A stretch of DNA of 64,000 bases, taken from the NCBI GenBank assembly GCA_036785375.1, contig JAWMAR010000307.1, positions 1,674,001 through 1,738,000 on the forward strand, given 5' to 3'. Below, piece by piece: positions 35,436-49,700 of this stretch; position 1 is the first letter of the stretch; the number at the start of each line of letters is the position of its first letter. This stretch comes from Leucoraja ocellata. Its lineage: Eukaryota. Both the position numbers and the translations under genes were made by a program. The notes under the pieces were generated by a model. That model saw only the letters and a list, made by a program, of their open reading frames with translations. It was not told the origin of the DNA and searched no databases.

Positions 35436-35687
35436 AAAAAAAAAATGAAATGATTCAATTTATTGTCATTGTCAGTGTACAGTACAGAGACAACGAAATG
35501 CATTTGAAAGGGAGACACAGGGCGTCGCGGTGTGCCCGCGCCTGCCGCCGTACATTCCATTACAGGCAAAGGTGGGTGAAGTGTCTTGCCCAAGGACACA
35601 ACGACAGTATGCACTCCAAGCGGGATTTGAACCGGCTACCTTCCGGTCGCCAGCCGAACTCTTAGCCCATTGTGCTACCTGTCGCCC
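35436..35687 (-). mobile_element. Near full-length tRNA-derived CORE-like SINE with TTAAA target duplication
   Basis: Minus strand GGGCGACAGGTAGCACAATGG (A box) ... GGTTCAAATCC (B box) ... CCTTGGGCAAGACACTTCACC (CORE-like) ... TGACAATAAATTGAATCATTTC tail. TTAAA at 35431-35435 and 35688-35692. Confidence 0.85.
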
Positions 35688-38189
35688 TTAAAGGGGTTTT
35701 CAGGTGTTTAGAGATTATACAGGGGTTTAGTGGGGATTACATGGGGTTTACATGTGTTTACAGCTGTAGGGAGGTTTGGATGGGTCTACAGGCGTTTGGA
35801 GGGTTTATAGAGGTTTACAGTGGTTATGGGGGGTTTACATTAGGTTTACAGGGGGTTAGATGAGTTTGGAGGGTTTTGATGGGTTTACAGTGGGGGTTGG
35901 AGGGGTTAGGTGTGGTTTAGAGGGATTTACAGGGGTTTAGAGGGTGTCAGGTGTGAGGAGGGGTTTAGTGGGTTTACATGTGTGTACGTGAGTTTAGAGG
36001 TGTTTAGCGTGGTTTCGAGGCATTTAGAGATGTTTAGAGAGGTTTACATGTGTTTACATGGGTTTACAGGGGTTTAGAGAGTGAGGGTAGTATAGAGGTT
36101 TACAGGGGGTTTAGGGGGGTTTAAATAGGGTTTACATGTGTTTATAGGTGCTTAGAGGGTTTCGAGGAGATTTACAGCGGTTTATAGAGGTTTACATAGG
36201 GTTTACATGTGTTTACAGGTGTTTAGAGGATTTACAGGGGTTTAGAGGTTTACGTGGATTTAGAGGGGTTTACAGTAGTTTAGGGGGGTTTACATGGGTT
36301 TACAGGGCCTTGTGGGTGATTAGGGGGGTTTACGGGGTGTTTATGGGGGGGCTTTAGATGGGTTTAGAGAGGTTTACACGGCTTTATAGGGGTTTAGAGG
36401 CGTCTCGAGAAGTTCACAGGGGTTTACATGGGGTTTATAGGGGGGTTAGATGCCTTTATAGGGGTTTGGAGGGATTTGGAAGGATTTAGAGGGATTTACA
36501 TAAGTTTAGAGGGACTTACGGGTGGCTAGAGCGGTTTTGCAGGTGTTTAGAGATGTTTAGAAAGGTCTACATGTGTTTAGAGGGTTGTACAGGGATTTAA
36601 GATTTACATGGGGCTTAGAGGCGTTTTGAGTGATTTAGATAGGTTTAGAGGGGTTTACAGGGGTTTACGGATGTTTACATGTGTAAAGAGGTATGGAGGG
36701 GGTTTGCAGGGGTTTAGAGGCTTTGAGAGAGGTTTAGATGTGCTTACATGGGGTTTACATTGGTTAGAGGGGTTTAGAGGGCTTTATACTGGGTTTAGAT
36801 GGGTTTAGAGAGGTGTACAAGGGTTTAAAGGGGTTAACATGGGGTTTACAGGTGTTTACAGGCGTAGAGAGGTTTAGAGGGATTTACAAGTGTTTACAGG
36901 GGGTTAAGAGGTGTTTAGAGGGGTTTACATGGGGTTTACAGGGGTTTACAGGTGATTAGAGGGTTTTAGAGGTTTACAGGGGTTTAGAGAGGTTTACATG
37001 GGTTTAGAGGGGGTTACAGTAGTTTAAGGGGGTTTCCTGGGGCTTACAGGGGTTTACATGGGGTTTAGAGCGGTTTACATGGCTTTATAGGGGTTTACAT
37101 GGGGTATACAGGTGTTTATAGGAGTTTTGAGGGGTATAGCTGGCTTTATGGGGGTTTAGAGGCATCTAGACTGGTTCACATGGGTTTAGAAGAGTTTACA
37201 TGGTGTTTATAGGGGGTTATATGGCTTTATGAGGGGTTGGAGGACTTTGGAGGGATTTAGAGGGGGTTGCAGCGGTTTGGATGTGTGTGGAGAGGTTTAG
37301 AGAAGTTTGGAGGGAATTGGAGGGGGTTAGCGGGATTTACATCGGGTTAGAGGGATTTACAGGGGTTTAGAGGGGGTAAAGATGGGTTTAGAGGGGGTTA
37401 GAGGGTTTTACAGGTATTTAGAGATATTTAGAGTGGTGTAGAGGGGTATAAAGGGTTTTATAGGGGTTTAGAGATGTTTACAGGTGTTTAGAAGGGTTTA
37501 CGGGGGTTTAGGGGAGTTTACATGGGGTTTGCAGGGGTTTAAAGGGGGTTGCAGGTGCTTAGAGGGTTGCAGAGAGAGGTTTACAATGGTTTAGAGAGAT
37601 TTACATGGGTTCAGAGGGTTTTACAGTGGTCTAGGGAGGTTTCCATGGGGTTTACAGGGTGTTTAGAGGGGTTTACAGGAGGTTTTGAGGGTTCTAGAGA
37701 GGTTTACAGGGGTTTAGAGGGATGTACATGTGTTATGGGGGGTTTACAGGGGGGTTAGATGGCTTTATAGGGGTTTGGAGGGACTTGGGGGTTTGCAGGG
37801 GTTTGTAGGTGGCTGGAGAGGTTTAGAGCGGTTTGGAGGGATGTGGATGGGTTAGAGGGGGTTTAGAGGGGGTTACAGTGGTTTGGAGTGGTTTGGAGGG
37901 GGTTAGAGTGGTTTGGAGGGGTTTGGAGGGATTTACATCGGTTTAGAGGGATTTAGAGGGTTTCTACGGGTGTTTACAGGTGTTTACAGGTATTTAGAGG
38001 TTTAGAGTAGAGGAGTTTAAAGGGTTTTAGAGGGTTTTAGGGATGCTTACAGGTGTTTAGAAGGGTTTACAGGGCATTGTGGGGTTTACAGGTGTTTAGA
38101 GGGTTTTAGAGAGGTCTATAGGGGTTACAGGTGTTTACTTAGGGTTTACATGTGTGTACCGGTGTTTGGAGGGTTTTAGAGAGGTTAAC

Positions 38190-38320
38190 GAAATGAAAAA
38201 TGATAAAAAAATGAAATGATTCAATTTATTGTCATTGTCAGTGTACAGTACAGAGACAACGAAATGCATTTTTAGCATCTCCCTTGAAAGGGAGACACAG
38301 GTCGTCGCGGTGTGCCCGCG
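38190..38320 (-). mobile_element. 5'-truncated SINE (same family as 35436-35687), HOR copy 1
   Basis: 131 bp matching the 3' half of the 35.4-kb SINE. Confidence 0.88.
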
Positions 38321-40909
38321 ACAGGGGTTTAGAGAGGTTTACATGGGTTTAGAAGGGTTGACAGTGGTTTGTGGAGGTTTCCATATGGTTTTATAGGGTT
38401 TTAGAGATGGTTACAGGTGTTTAGAAGGGTTCACGGGGGTTTAGGGGAGTTTACATGGGGTTTGCAGGGGTTTAAAGGGGGTTGCAGGTGCTTAGAGGGT
38501 TGCAGAGAGAGGTTTACAGTGGTTTAGAGAGATTTACATGGGTTCAGAGGGTTTTACAGTGGTCTAGGGAGGTTTCCATGGGGTTTACAGGGGTTTAGGG
38601 GGGGTTACATGGGTTTATAGGGTCTTAGGGAGGTTTACAGGGGGTTTAGAGGGGTTTACGGGGGGTTTGAGGGTTCTAGAGAGGTTTAGAGGGATGTACA
38701 TGGGTTATGGGGGGTTTACATGGTGTTTACAGGGGGGTTAGATGGCTTTATAGGGGTTTGGAGGGACTTAGAGGGGGTTTGCAGGGGTTTGTAGGTGGCT
38801 GGAGAGGTTTAGAGCGGTTTGGAGGGATGTGGATGGGTTAGAGGGGGTTTAGAGGGGGTTACAGTGGTTTGGAGCGGTTTGGAGGGGGTTAGAGTGGTTT
38901 GGAGGGGTTTGGAGGGATTTACATCGGTTTAGAGGGATTTAGAGGGTTTCTACGGGTGTTTACAGGTGTTTACAGGTATTTAGAGGTTTAGAGTAGAGGA
39001 GTTTCGAGAGATTTAGATGGTTTTAGAGATGTTTACAGGTGTTTAGAAGGGTTTACAGATGTTTAGGGGGGTTTACGCAGATTTAGTGTCTGGGCGGTTT
39101 TCGCGGATTTAGAGTGGTTTACATGATGTTTACAGGGGGGGTTTGATGGGTTTAGAGGGGTTTACGGGGCTTTATAGGGGTTTACCGGGCTTTGCAGAGG
39201 TTTTGACGAGTTAATCGGGCTTTATAGCGGTTTAGATTTACATGGGATTTGCAGGGTGTTTATAGGGGGTTTAGATAGCTTTATAGGGGTTAGGAGGGCT
39301 TTGGAGGGGGGTTTGCAGGGGCTTGGAGAGGTTTAGAGCGGTTTGGAGGGATTTGGAGGGGGTTAATGGTTTTGAGGGGTTTTGAGGGATTTACATCGGT
39401 TTAGAGTGAGTACAGGGGTTTAAAGGTGATTTAGACGGTTTTAGATGGGTTTAGAGGTGTTTAGATGGGTTTACATGTGTTCGCATGTATTTACAGGTAT
39501 TTAGAGAGGTTTAGAGTGGTTTAGAGGGGTTTAAAGGGTTTTTGAGATGTTTACAGGGGATTAGAAGGTTTTACAGGAGTTTAGGGGGGTTTACAGGGGG
39601 TTTAGAGTGGTTCCCAGGTGTTTGCAGGCGTTTAGATAGGTTTAGAGGGGTTTAGATGACTTTAGAGGGTTTCAAATAGGTTTACAGGGGGTTTAGTGGG
39701 GTTTACAGGGCGTTTAGGGAGGTTTACATGGGATTTACAGAGGCGTAGATGTGTTTTGAGGGGTTTAGAGTGCTTTATTGGTGTCTGGAGAGATTTTGTG
39801 AGGTTTACAGGATTTTAGAGAGGTTTACAGGGGTTATGGGGGGTTTACATGGTGTTTGCAGGGGGTTTAAATGGGTTTAGAGGGGTTTTACATGATTTTA
39901 GAGAGGTTTAGCCTGCTGTATTGTGGTTTAAATGCATTTAGTGTGGTTCACAGGGTTTAGAGGGGTTTGGAGTTGTTTTCAGGGGTTTACATGGGTGTAG
40001 AGGGGGTTGGAGGGGTTTGGTGTGGTTTAGAGTGATTTGCATGGGTTTAGAGGGATTTTCAGGTGTTCACAGGTGTTTAGAGGGGTTTACAGGGGTTTAG
40101 GGGGGTTTAGAGGTGATTGGAGTGGTTTACAGGGGGTTTACATGGGGTTTACAGGTGTTTAGAGGGTTTTAGAGAGGTTTACAGGGGTTTAAGAGAGGTT
40201 TACAGGGGTTTATATGTGTTTACAGGTGTTTATAGGATTTAGAGAGGTTTACAGGGGTTTAGAGGTTTACATGAACTTAGAGGGGTGTACAGTAGTTTAG
40301 GGGGGTGTACATGGGGTTTACAGGGGTTTAGAGGGCCTTAGGGGTGATTAGGGGGGTTTACGTGGGGTTTATGGGGGTTTAGGGGGGTTTACATGGTGTT
40401 TATGGGGGGCTTTAGATGGGTTTAGAGAGGTTTACAGGGATTTATATGTGTTTAGAGGCGTCTCGAGTAGTTCACAGGGGTTTAGAGGGGGTTACATGGG
40501 GTTTACATGGTGTTTATAGGGGGTTAGATGCATTTATAGGGGTTTTGAAGGCGTTGGAAGGATTTAAAGGGGGTTTGCAGGTGTTTGGAGGTGCCTGGAG
40601 AGGTTTACAGCAGTTTGGAGGGGTATGGAGGGGGTTAGAGGGGTTTACATCGGTTAGAGGGATTTACAGAGGTTTAGATGGGTGTATAGGTGTTTAGAGG
40701 GTTTTACAGGTGTTTACATGTTGTATTTAGAGGGGTTTAAAGGGTTTTAGAGGGTTTTAGGGATGCTTACAGGTGTTTAGAAGGGTTTACAGGGCATTGT
40801 GGGGTTTACAGGTGTTTAGAGGGTTTTAGAGAGGTCTATAGGGGTTACAGGTGTTTACTTAGGGTTTACATGTGTGTACCGGTGTTTGGAGGGTTTTAGA
40901 GAGGTTAAC

Positions 40910-41040
40910 GAAATGAAAAATGATAAAAAAATGAAATGATTCAATTTATTGTCATTGTCAGTGTACAGTACAGAGACAACAAAATGCATTTTTAGCATCT
41001 CCCTTGAAAGGGAGACACAGGGCGTCGCGGTGTGCCCGCG
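40910..41040 (-). mobile_element. 5'-truncated SINE, HOR copy 2
   Basis: Duplicate of 38190-38320 with two substitutions. Confidence 0.88.
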
Positions 41041-43629
41041 ACAGGGGTTTAGAGAGGTTTACATGGGTTTAGAAGGGTTGACAGTGGTTTGTGGAGGTTT
41101 CCATATGGTTTTATAGGGTTTTAGAGATGGTTACAGGTGTTTAGAAGGGTTCACGGGGGTTTAGGGGAGTTTACATGGGGTTTGCAGGGGTTTAAAGGGG
41201 GTTGCAGGTGCTTAGAGGGTTGCAGAGAGAGGTTTACAGTGGTTTAGAGAGATTTACATGGGTTCAGAGGGTTTTACAGTGGTCTAGGGAGGTTTCCATG
41301 GGGTTTACAGGGGTTTAGGGGGGGTTACATGGGTTTATAGGGTCTTAGGGAGGTTTACAGGGGGTTTAGAGGGGTTTACGGGGGGTTTGAGGGTTCTAGA
41401 GAGGTTTAGAGGGATGTACATGGGTTATGGGGGGTTTACATGGTGTTTACAGGGGGGTTAGATGGCTTTATAGGGGTTTGGAGGGACTTAGAGGGGGTTT
41501 GCAGGGGTTTGTAGGTGGCTGGAGAGGTTTAGAGCGGTTTGGAGGGATGTGGATGGGTTAGAGGGGGTTTAGAGGGGGTTACAGTGGTTTGGAGCGGTTT
41601 GGAGGGGGTTAGAGTGGTTTGGAGGGGTTTGGAGGGATTTACATCGGTTTAGAGGGATTTAGAGGGTTTCTACGGGTGTTTACAGGTGTTTACAGGTATT
41701 TAGAGGTTTAGAGTAGAGGAGTTTCGAGAGATTTAGATGGTTTTAGAGATGTTTACAGGTGTTTAGAAGGGTTTACAGATGTTTAGGGGGGTTTACGCAG
41801 ATTTAGTGTCTGGGCGGTTTTCGCGGATTTAGAGTGGTTTACATGATGTTTACAGGGGGGGTTTGATGGGTTTAGAGGGGTTTACGGGGCTTTATAGGGG
41901 TTTACCGGGCTTTGCAGAGGTTTTGACGAGTTAATCGGGCTTTATAGCGGTTTAGATTTACATGGGATTTGCAGGGTGTTTATAGGGGGTTTAGATAGCT
42001 TTATAGGGGTTAGGAGGGCTTTGGAGGGGGGTTTGCAGGGGCTTGGAGAGGTTTAGAGCGGTTTGGAGGGATTTGGAGGGGGTTAATGGTTTTGAGGGGT
42101 TTTGAGGGATTTACATCGGTTTAGAGTGAGTACAGGGGTTTAAAGGTGATTTAGACGGTTTTAGATGGGTTTAGAGGTGTTTAGATGGGTTTACATGTGT
42201 TCGCATGTATTTACAGGTATTTAGAGAGGTTTAGAGTGGTTTAGAGGGGTTTAAAGGGTTTTTGAGATGTTTACAGGGGATTAGAAGGTTTTACAGGAGT
42301 TTAGGGGGGTTTACAGGGGGTTTAGAGTGGTTCCCAGGTGTTTGCAGGCGTTTAGATAGGTTTAGAGGGGTTTAGATGACTTTAGAGGGTTTCAAATAGG
42401 TTTACAGGGGGTTTAGTGGGGTTTACAGGGCGTTTAGGGAGGTTTACATGGGATTTACAGAGGCGTAGATGTGTTTTGAGGGGTTTAGAGTGCTTTATTG
42501 GTGTCTGGAGAGATTTTGTGAGGTTTACAGGATTTTAGAGAGGTTTACAGGGGTTATGGGGGGTTTACATGGTGTTTGCAGGGGGTTTAAATGGGTTTAG
42601 AGGGGTTTTACATGATTTTAGAGAGGTTTAGCCTGCTGTATTGTGGTTTAAATGCATTTAGTGTGGTTCACAGGGTTTAGAGGGGTTTGGAGTTGTTTTC
42701 AGGGGTTTACATGGGTGTAGAGGGGGTTGGAGGGGTTTGGTGTGGTTTAGAGTGATTTGCATGGGTTTAGAGGGATTTTCAGGTGTTCACAGGTGTTTAG
42801 AGGGGTTTACAGGGGTTTAGGGGGGTTTAGAGGTGATTGGAGTGGTTTACAGGGGGTTTACATGGGGTTTACAGGTGTTTAGAGGGTTTTAGAGAGGTTT
42901 ACAGGGGTTTAAGAGAGGTTTACAGGGGTTTATATGTGTTTACAGGTGTTTATAGGATTTAGAGAGGTTTACAGGGGTTTAGAGGTTTACATGAACTTAG
43001 AGGGGTGTACAGTAGTTTAGGGGGGTGTACATGGGGTTTACAGGGGTTTAGAGGGCCTTAGGGGTGATTAGGGGGGTTTACGTGGGGTTTATGGGGGTTT
43101 AGGGGGGTTTACATGGTGTTTATGGGGGGCTTTAGATGGGTTTAGAGAGGTTTACAGGGATTTATATGTGTTTAGAGGCGTCTCGAGTAGTTCACAGGGG
43201 TTTAGAGGGGGTTACATGGGGTTTACATGGTGTTTATAGGGGGTTAGATGCATTTATAGGGGTTTTGAAGGCGTTGGAAGGATTTAAAGGGGGTTTGCAG
43301 GTGTTTGGAGGTGCCTGGAGAGGTTTACAGCAGTTTGGAGGGGTATGGAGGGGGTTAGAGGGGTTTACATCGGTTAGAGGGATTTACAGAGGTTTAGATG
43401 GGTGTATAGGTGTTTAGAGGGTTTTACAGGTGTTTACATGTTGTATTTAGAGGGGTTTAAAGGGTTTTAGAGGGTTTTAGGGATGCTTACAGGTGTTTAG
43501 AAGGGTTTACAGGGCATTGTGGGGTTTACAGGTGTTTAGAGGGTTTTAGAGAGGTCTATAGGGGTTACAGGTGTTTACTTAGGGTTTACATGTGTGTACC
43601 GGTGTTTGGAGGGTTTTAGAGAGGTTAAC

Positions 43630-43760
43630 GAAATGAAAAATGATAAAAAAATGAAATGATTCAATTTATTGTCATTGTCAGTGTACAGTACAGAGACAAC
43701 AAAATGCATTTTTAGCATCTCCCTTGAAAGGGAGACACAGGGCGTCGCGGTGTGCCCGCG
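43630..43760 (-). mobile_element. 5'-truncated SINE, HOR copy 3
   Basis: Identical by eye to 40910-41040. Confidence 0.88.
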
Positions 43761-46700
43761 ACAGGGGTTTAGAGAGGTTTACATGGGTTTAGAAGGGTTG
43801 ACAGTGGTTTGTGGAGGTTTCCATATGGTTTTATAGGGTTTTAGAGATGGTTACAGGTGTTTAGAAGGGTTCACGGGGGTTTAGGGGAGTTTACATGGGG
43901 TTTGCAGGGGTTTAAAGGGGGTTGCAGGTGCTTAGAGGGTTGCAGAGAGAGGTTTACAGTGGTTTAGAGAGATTTACATGGGTTCAGAGGGTTTTACAGT
44001 GGTCTAGGGAGGTTTCCATGGGGTTTACAGGGGTTTAGGGGGGGTTACATGGGTTTATAGGGTCTTAGGGAGGTTTACAGGGGGTTTAGAGGGGTTTACG
44101 GGGGGTTTGAGGGTTCTAGAGAGGTTTAGAGGGATGTACATGGGTTATGGGGGGTTTACATGGTGTTTACAGGGGGGTTAGATGGCTTTATAGGGGTTTG
44201 GAGGGACTTAGAGGGGGTTTGCAGGGGTTTGTAGGTGGCTGGAGAGGTTTAGAGCGGTTTGGAGGGATGTGGATGGGTTAGAGGGGGTTTAGAGGGGGTT
44301 ACAGTGGTTTGGAGCGGTTTGGAGGGGGTTAGAGTGGTTTGGAGGGGTTTGGAGGGATTTACATCGGTTTAGAGGGATTTAGAGGGTTTCTACGGGTGTT
44401 TACAGGTGTTTACAGGTATTTAGAGGTTTAGAGTAGAGGAGTTTCGAGAGATTTAGATGGTTTTAGAGATGTTTACAGGTGTTTAGAAGGGTTTACAGAT
44501 GTTTAGGGGGGTTTACGCAGATTTAGTGTCTGGGCGGTTTTCGCGGATTTAGAGTGGTTTACATGATGTTTACAGGGGGGGTTTGATGGGTTTAGAGGGG
44601 TTTACGGGGCTTTATAGGGGTTTACCGGGCTTTGCAGAGGTTTTGACGAGTTAATCGGGCTTTATAGCGGTTTAGATTTACATGGGATTTGCAGGGTGTT
44701 TATAGGGGGTTTAGATAGCTTTATAGGGGTTAGGAGGGCTTTGGAGGGGGGTTTGCAGGGGCTTGGAGAGGTTTAGAGCGGTTTGGAGGGATTTGGAGGG
44801 GGTTAATGGTTTTGAGGGGTTTTGAGGGATTTACATCGGTTTAGAGTGAGTACAGGGGTTTAAAGGTGATTTAGACGGTTTTAGATGGGTTTAGAGGTGT
44901 TTAGATGGGTTTACATGTGTTCGCATGTATTTACAGGTATTTAGAGAGGTTTAGAGTGGTTTAGAGGGGTTTAAAGGGTTTTTGAGATGTTTACAGGGGA
45001 TTAGAAGGTTTTACAGGAGTTTAGGGGGGTTTACAGGGGGTTTAGAGTGGTTCCCAGGTGTTTGCAGGCGTTTAGATAGGTTTAGAGGGGTTTAGATGAC
45101 TTTAGAGGGTTTCAAATAGGTTTACAGGGGGTTTAGTGGGGTTTACAGGGCGTTTAGGGAGGTTTACATGGGATTTACAGAGGCGTAGATGTGTTTTGAG
45201 GGGTTTAGAGTGCTTTATTGGTGTCTGGAGAGATTTTGTGAGGTTTACAGGATTTTAGAGAGGTTTACAGGGGTTATGGGGGGTTTACATGGTGTTTGCA
45301 GGGGGTTTAAATGGGTTTAGAGGGGTTTTACATGATTTTAGAGAGGTTTAGCCTGCTGTATTGTGGTTTAAATGCATTTAGTGTGGTTCACAGGGTTTAG
45401 AGGGGTTTGGAGTTGTTTTCAGGGGTTTACATGGGTGTAGAGGGGGTTGGAGGGGTTTGGTGTGGTTTAGAGTGATTTGCATGGGTTTAGAGGGATTTTC
45501 AGGTGTTCACAGGTGTTTAGAGGGGTTTACAGGGGTTTAGGGGGGTTTAGAGGTGATTGGAGTGGTTTACAGGGGGTTTACATGGGGTTTACAGGTGTTT
45601 AGAGGGTTTTAGAGAGGTTTACAGGGGTTTAAGAGAGGTTTACAGGGGTTTATATGTGTTTACAGGTGTTTATAGGATTTAGAGAGGTTTACAGGGGTTT
45701 AGAGGTTTACATGAACTTAGAGGGGTGTACAGTAGTTTAGGGGGGTGTACATGGGGTTTACAGGGGTTTAGAGGGCCTTAGGGGTGATTAGGGGGGTTTA
45801 CGTGGGGTTTATGGGGGTTTAGGGGGGTTTACATGGTGTTTATGGGGGGCTTTAGATGGGTTTAGAGAGGTTTACAGGGATTTATATGTGTTTAGAGGCG
45901 TCTCGAGTAGTTCACAGGGGTTTAGAGGGGGTTACATGGGGTTTACATGGTGTTTATAGGGGGTTAGATGCATTTATAGGGGTTTTGAAGGCGTTGGAAG
46001 GATTTAAAGGGGGTTTGCAGGTGTTTGGAGGTGCCTGGAGAGGTTTACAGCAGTTTGGAGGGGTATGGAGGGGGTTAGAGGGGTTTACATCGGTTAGAGG
46101 GATTTACAGAGGTTTAGATGGGTGTATAGGTGTTTAGAGGGTTTTACAGGTGTTTACATGTTGTATTTAGAGGGGTTTAAAGGGTTTTAGAGGGTTTTAG
46201 GGATGCTTACAGGTGTTTAGAAGGGTTTACAGGGCATTGTGGGGTTTACAGGTGTTTAGAGGGTTTTAGAGAGGTCTATAGGGGTTACAGGTGTTTACTT
46301 AGGGTTTACATGTGTGTACCGGTGTTTGGAGGGTTTTAGAGAGGTTAACAGGGGTTTAGAGAGGTTTACATGGGTTTAGAAGGGTTGACAGTGGTTTGTG
46401 GAGGTTTCCATATGGTTTTATAGGGTTTTAGAGATGGTTACAGGTGTTTAGAAGGTTCACGGGGGTTTAGGGGAGTTTACATGGGGTTTGCATGGGTTTA
46501 AAGGGGTTTGCAGGTGCTTAGAGGGTTGCAGAGAGAGGTTTACAGTGGTTTAGAGAGATTTACATGGGTTCAGAGGGTTTTACAGTGGTCTAGGGAGGTT
46601 TCCATGGGGTTTACAGGGGTTTAGGGGGGTTTACATGGGTTTATAGGGTCTTAGGGAGGTTTACAGGGTGTTTAGAGGGGTTTACAGGGGGGGGTTGAGG

Positions 46701-49700
46701 GTTCTAGAGAGGTTTACAGGGGTTTAGAGGGATGTACATGGGTTATGGGGGGTTTACATGGTGTTTACAGCGGGTTTAGATGGCTTTATGGGCGTTTGGA
46801 GGGCTTTGGAAGGGTTTGGAGGGACTTAGAGGGGGTTTGCAGGGGTTTGGAGGTGGCTGGAGAGGTTTAGAGCAGGTTTGGAGGGATTTGGATGGGGTTA
46901 GGGTGGTTTGGAAGGGTTTAGAGGGATTTACATCGGTTTAGAGGGATTTAGAGGGTTTCAAATAGGGTTACAGCGGGTTTAGTGGGGTGTAGGGAGGTTT
47001 ACATGGGATTTACAGAGGTGTAGATGTGTTTTGAGGGGTTTAGAGTGCTTTATTGGTGTGTAGAGAGGTTTGGAGAGGTTTACAGGGGTTTACAGGGGTT
47101 ATGGGGGGTTTACATGGTGTTTGGAGGGGTTTTACATGGTTTTAGAGCGGTTTAGCCGGCTGTATTGGGGTTTAAATGCGTTTAGTGTGGTTCACAGGGT
47201 TTAGAGGGGTTTACATGGGGTATACAGGTGTCTGTAAGGGTTTAGGTGGTTTTATATGGGTTTAGAAGGGTTTGGAGTTGTTTTCAGGGGTTTACATGGG
47301 TTTAGAGGGGGTTAGAGGGGTTTGGTGTGGTTTATAGTGATTTGCATGGGTTTAGAGGGATTTACAGGTGTTTACAGGTGTTTAGAGAGGTTTAGAGGGG
47401 TGTACAGGGGTTTAAAGTTGTTAACAGGGTTTATATGTGTTTGCAGGCGTAGAGATGTTTAGAGGGGTTTATGGAGGTTTGCAAGGTTTAAATGTGTTTA
47501 CAGGTGTTTAGAGGATTTAGAGATGTTTACAGGGGATTAGAGGTTTACATGGATTTAGAGGGGGTTACAGTAGTTTAGGGGGGTTTACATGAGGTTTAAT
47601 GGGATTTAGGGGGATTTACATGGTATTTACAGGGGGGCTTTAGATGCGTTTAGAGGGGTTTACACGGCTTTATAGGGGTTTAGAGGCGTCTCGAGTAGTT
47701 CGCAGGGGTTTAGAGGGGGTTACATTGGGTTACAGGATGTTTATAGGGAGTTAGATACCTTTATAGGGATTTGGAGGGCTTTGGAAGGATTTAAAGGGGG
47801 TTTGCAGGTGTTTACAGGTACCTGGAGAGGTTTACAGCAGTTTGGAGGGGTATGGAGGGGGTTAGAGGGGTTTACATCGGTTAGAGGGATTTACAGGGGT
47901 TTAGATGGGTTTAGAGGTTTTTAGAGGGTTTTACAGGTGTTTACGTATTTAGAGAGGTTTAGAGTGGTTTAAAGGGTTTTAGAGGGTTTTAGCGATGCTT
48001 ACAGGTGTGTAGAAGGGTTTACAGGGCATTGTGGGGTTTACAGGGGTTTAGAGGGGTTTACAGATGTTTAGAGGATTTAGAGAGGTTTATAGGGGTTTAG
48101 AAGGTTGGCAGTGGTTTGGGGAGGTTTCCATAGGGTTTTGGAGATGTTTACAGGTGTTTAGAAAGTTCACGGGAGTTTAGGGGAGTTTACACGGGGTTTG
48201 CAGAGGTTTAAAGGGGTTTACAGTTGTTTAGAGGGTTGTAGGTTTACAGTGGTTTAGAGAGATTTACATGGGTTCAGAGGGGTTTACAGTGGTTTAGGGA
48301 GGTTTCCATGGGGTTTACAGGGGTTAGGGGGGTTTACAGGGGTTTATAGGGTCTGAGGGAGGTTTACAGGGGGTTTAGAGGGGTGCACAGTAGTTTAGGG
48401 GGGATGTACATGGGGTTTACAGGGGTTTAGAGGGCCTTAGGGGTGATTAGGGGGGTTTACGTGGGGTTTAGGGAGGTTTACATGGTGTTTATGGGGGGGC
48501 TTTAGATGGGTTTAGAGAGGTTTACAGGGCTTTATATGAGTTTAGAGGCGTCTCGAGTAGTTCACAGGGGTTTAGAGGGGTTACATGGGGTTTACATGGT
48601 GTTTATAGGGGGTTAGATGCATTTATAGGGGTTTTGAAGGCGTTGGAAGGATTTAAAGGGGGTTTGCAGGTGTTTGGAGGTGCCTGGAGAGGTTTACAGC
48701 AGTTTGGAGGGGTATGGAGGAGGTTAGAGGGGTTTACATCGGTTAGAGGGATTTACAGGGGTTTAGAGGTGTTTAAAGGGTTTTACAGGTGTTTACATGT
48801 GTTTAGAGGGGTTTAAAGGGTTTTAGAGGGGTTTAGGAATGCTTACAAGTGTTTAGAAGGGTTTAGGTTTAAAGGGGTTTACATGTGTTTACAGGTGTAG
48901 TACGGTTTAGGGTGGTTTAGAGTTGTTTACAGTGGGTTAGAGATGTTTAGAGCGGTTTATATGGGGTTACATGGGTTTACAGGGGTTTAGAATGGTTGCC
49001 ATGGGGTTTCCATGGGTTTCCATGGGTTTAGAGATGTTTTCATGGGTTTAGAGGGGTTTACGTGAGGTTTGCAGGGGGGCTAGATTGGTTTAGATGGCGT
49101 TATAGGGGTTTAAAGGGGTTTATATGTGTTTACATGTGTTTATATGTGTTTACGGGTGTAGTACGGGTTAGAGGTGTTTACATGGGATTTAACGGGTTTT
49201 AGAGAAGTTTAGAGGGGGTTAAAGTTGATTCCATTAGTTTAGAGATGTTTGGAGAGGTTTACATGGGTGTACAGGGGTTTAGATTATGTTTACAGGTGTT
49301 TACAATGAATTTAGAAGGATTTACTGGAGTTTACAGGGGTTTACAGGGGTTTACAGGTGTTTACAGGGGATTTAGATTGGTTTAGAGGGCGCTATTGGGG
49401 TTTACTGGGGATTACTGGGGGGGGGGAAGGGGGTGCCGAGGGGTTTACATGTGTTTTCTGTGGCTTAGAGGGGTTTACTGGGGTTTGCAGGGGATTAGAG
49501 GTGTTTAGAGGGAGTTACAGGGGGGTTTAGAGGGGTTTAGAGGGGTTTTGAGGGGTTTAGACGGCTTTAGAGGGTTTGAGAGAGGATTACAGGAGTGTAG
49601 AGGGGTTTACAGGATTTAGATATTTAGAGGATTTTAGAGAGGTTTACAAGGTGTTTAGAGATGTTTACATGGGGTTTACAAGGGGTTTACATGGGTTTAG

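Larger units (their letters stand above)
38015..46348 (+). repeat. 2720-bp higher-order tandem repeat, 3 near-identical copies plus a partial copy
   Basis: Identical ORFs at 40416, 43136 and 45856 (spacing 2720); SINE fragments at 38190, 40910 and 43630. Confidence 0.95.
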
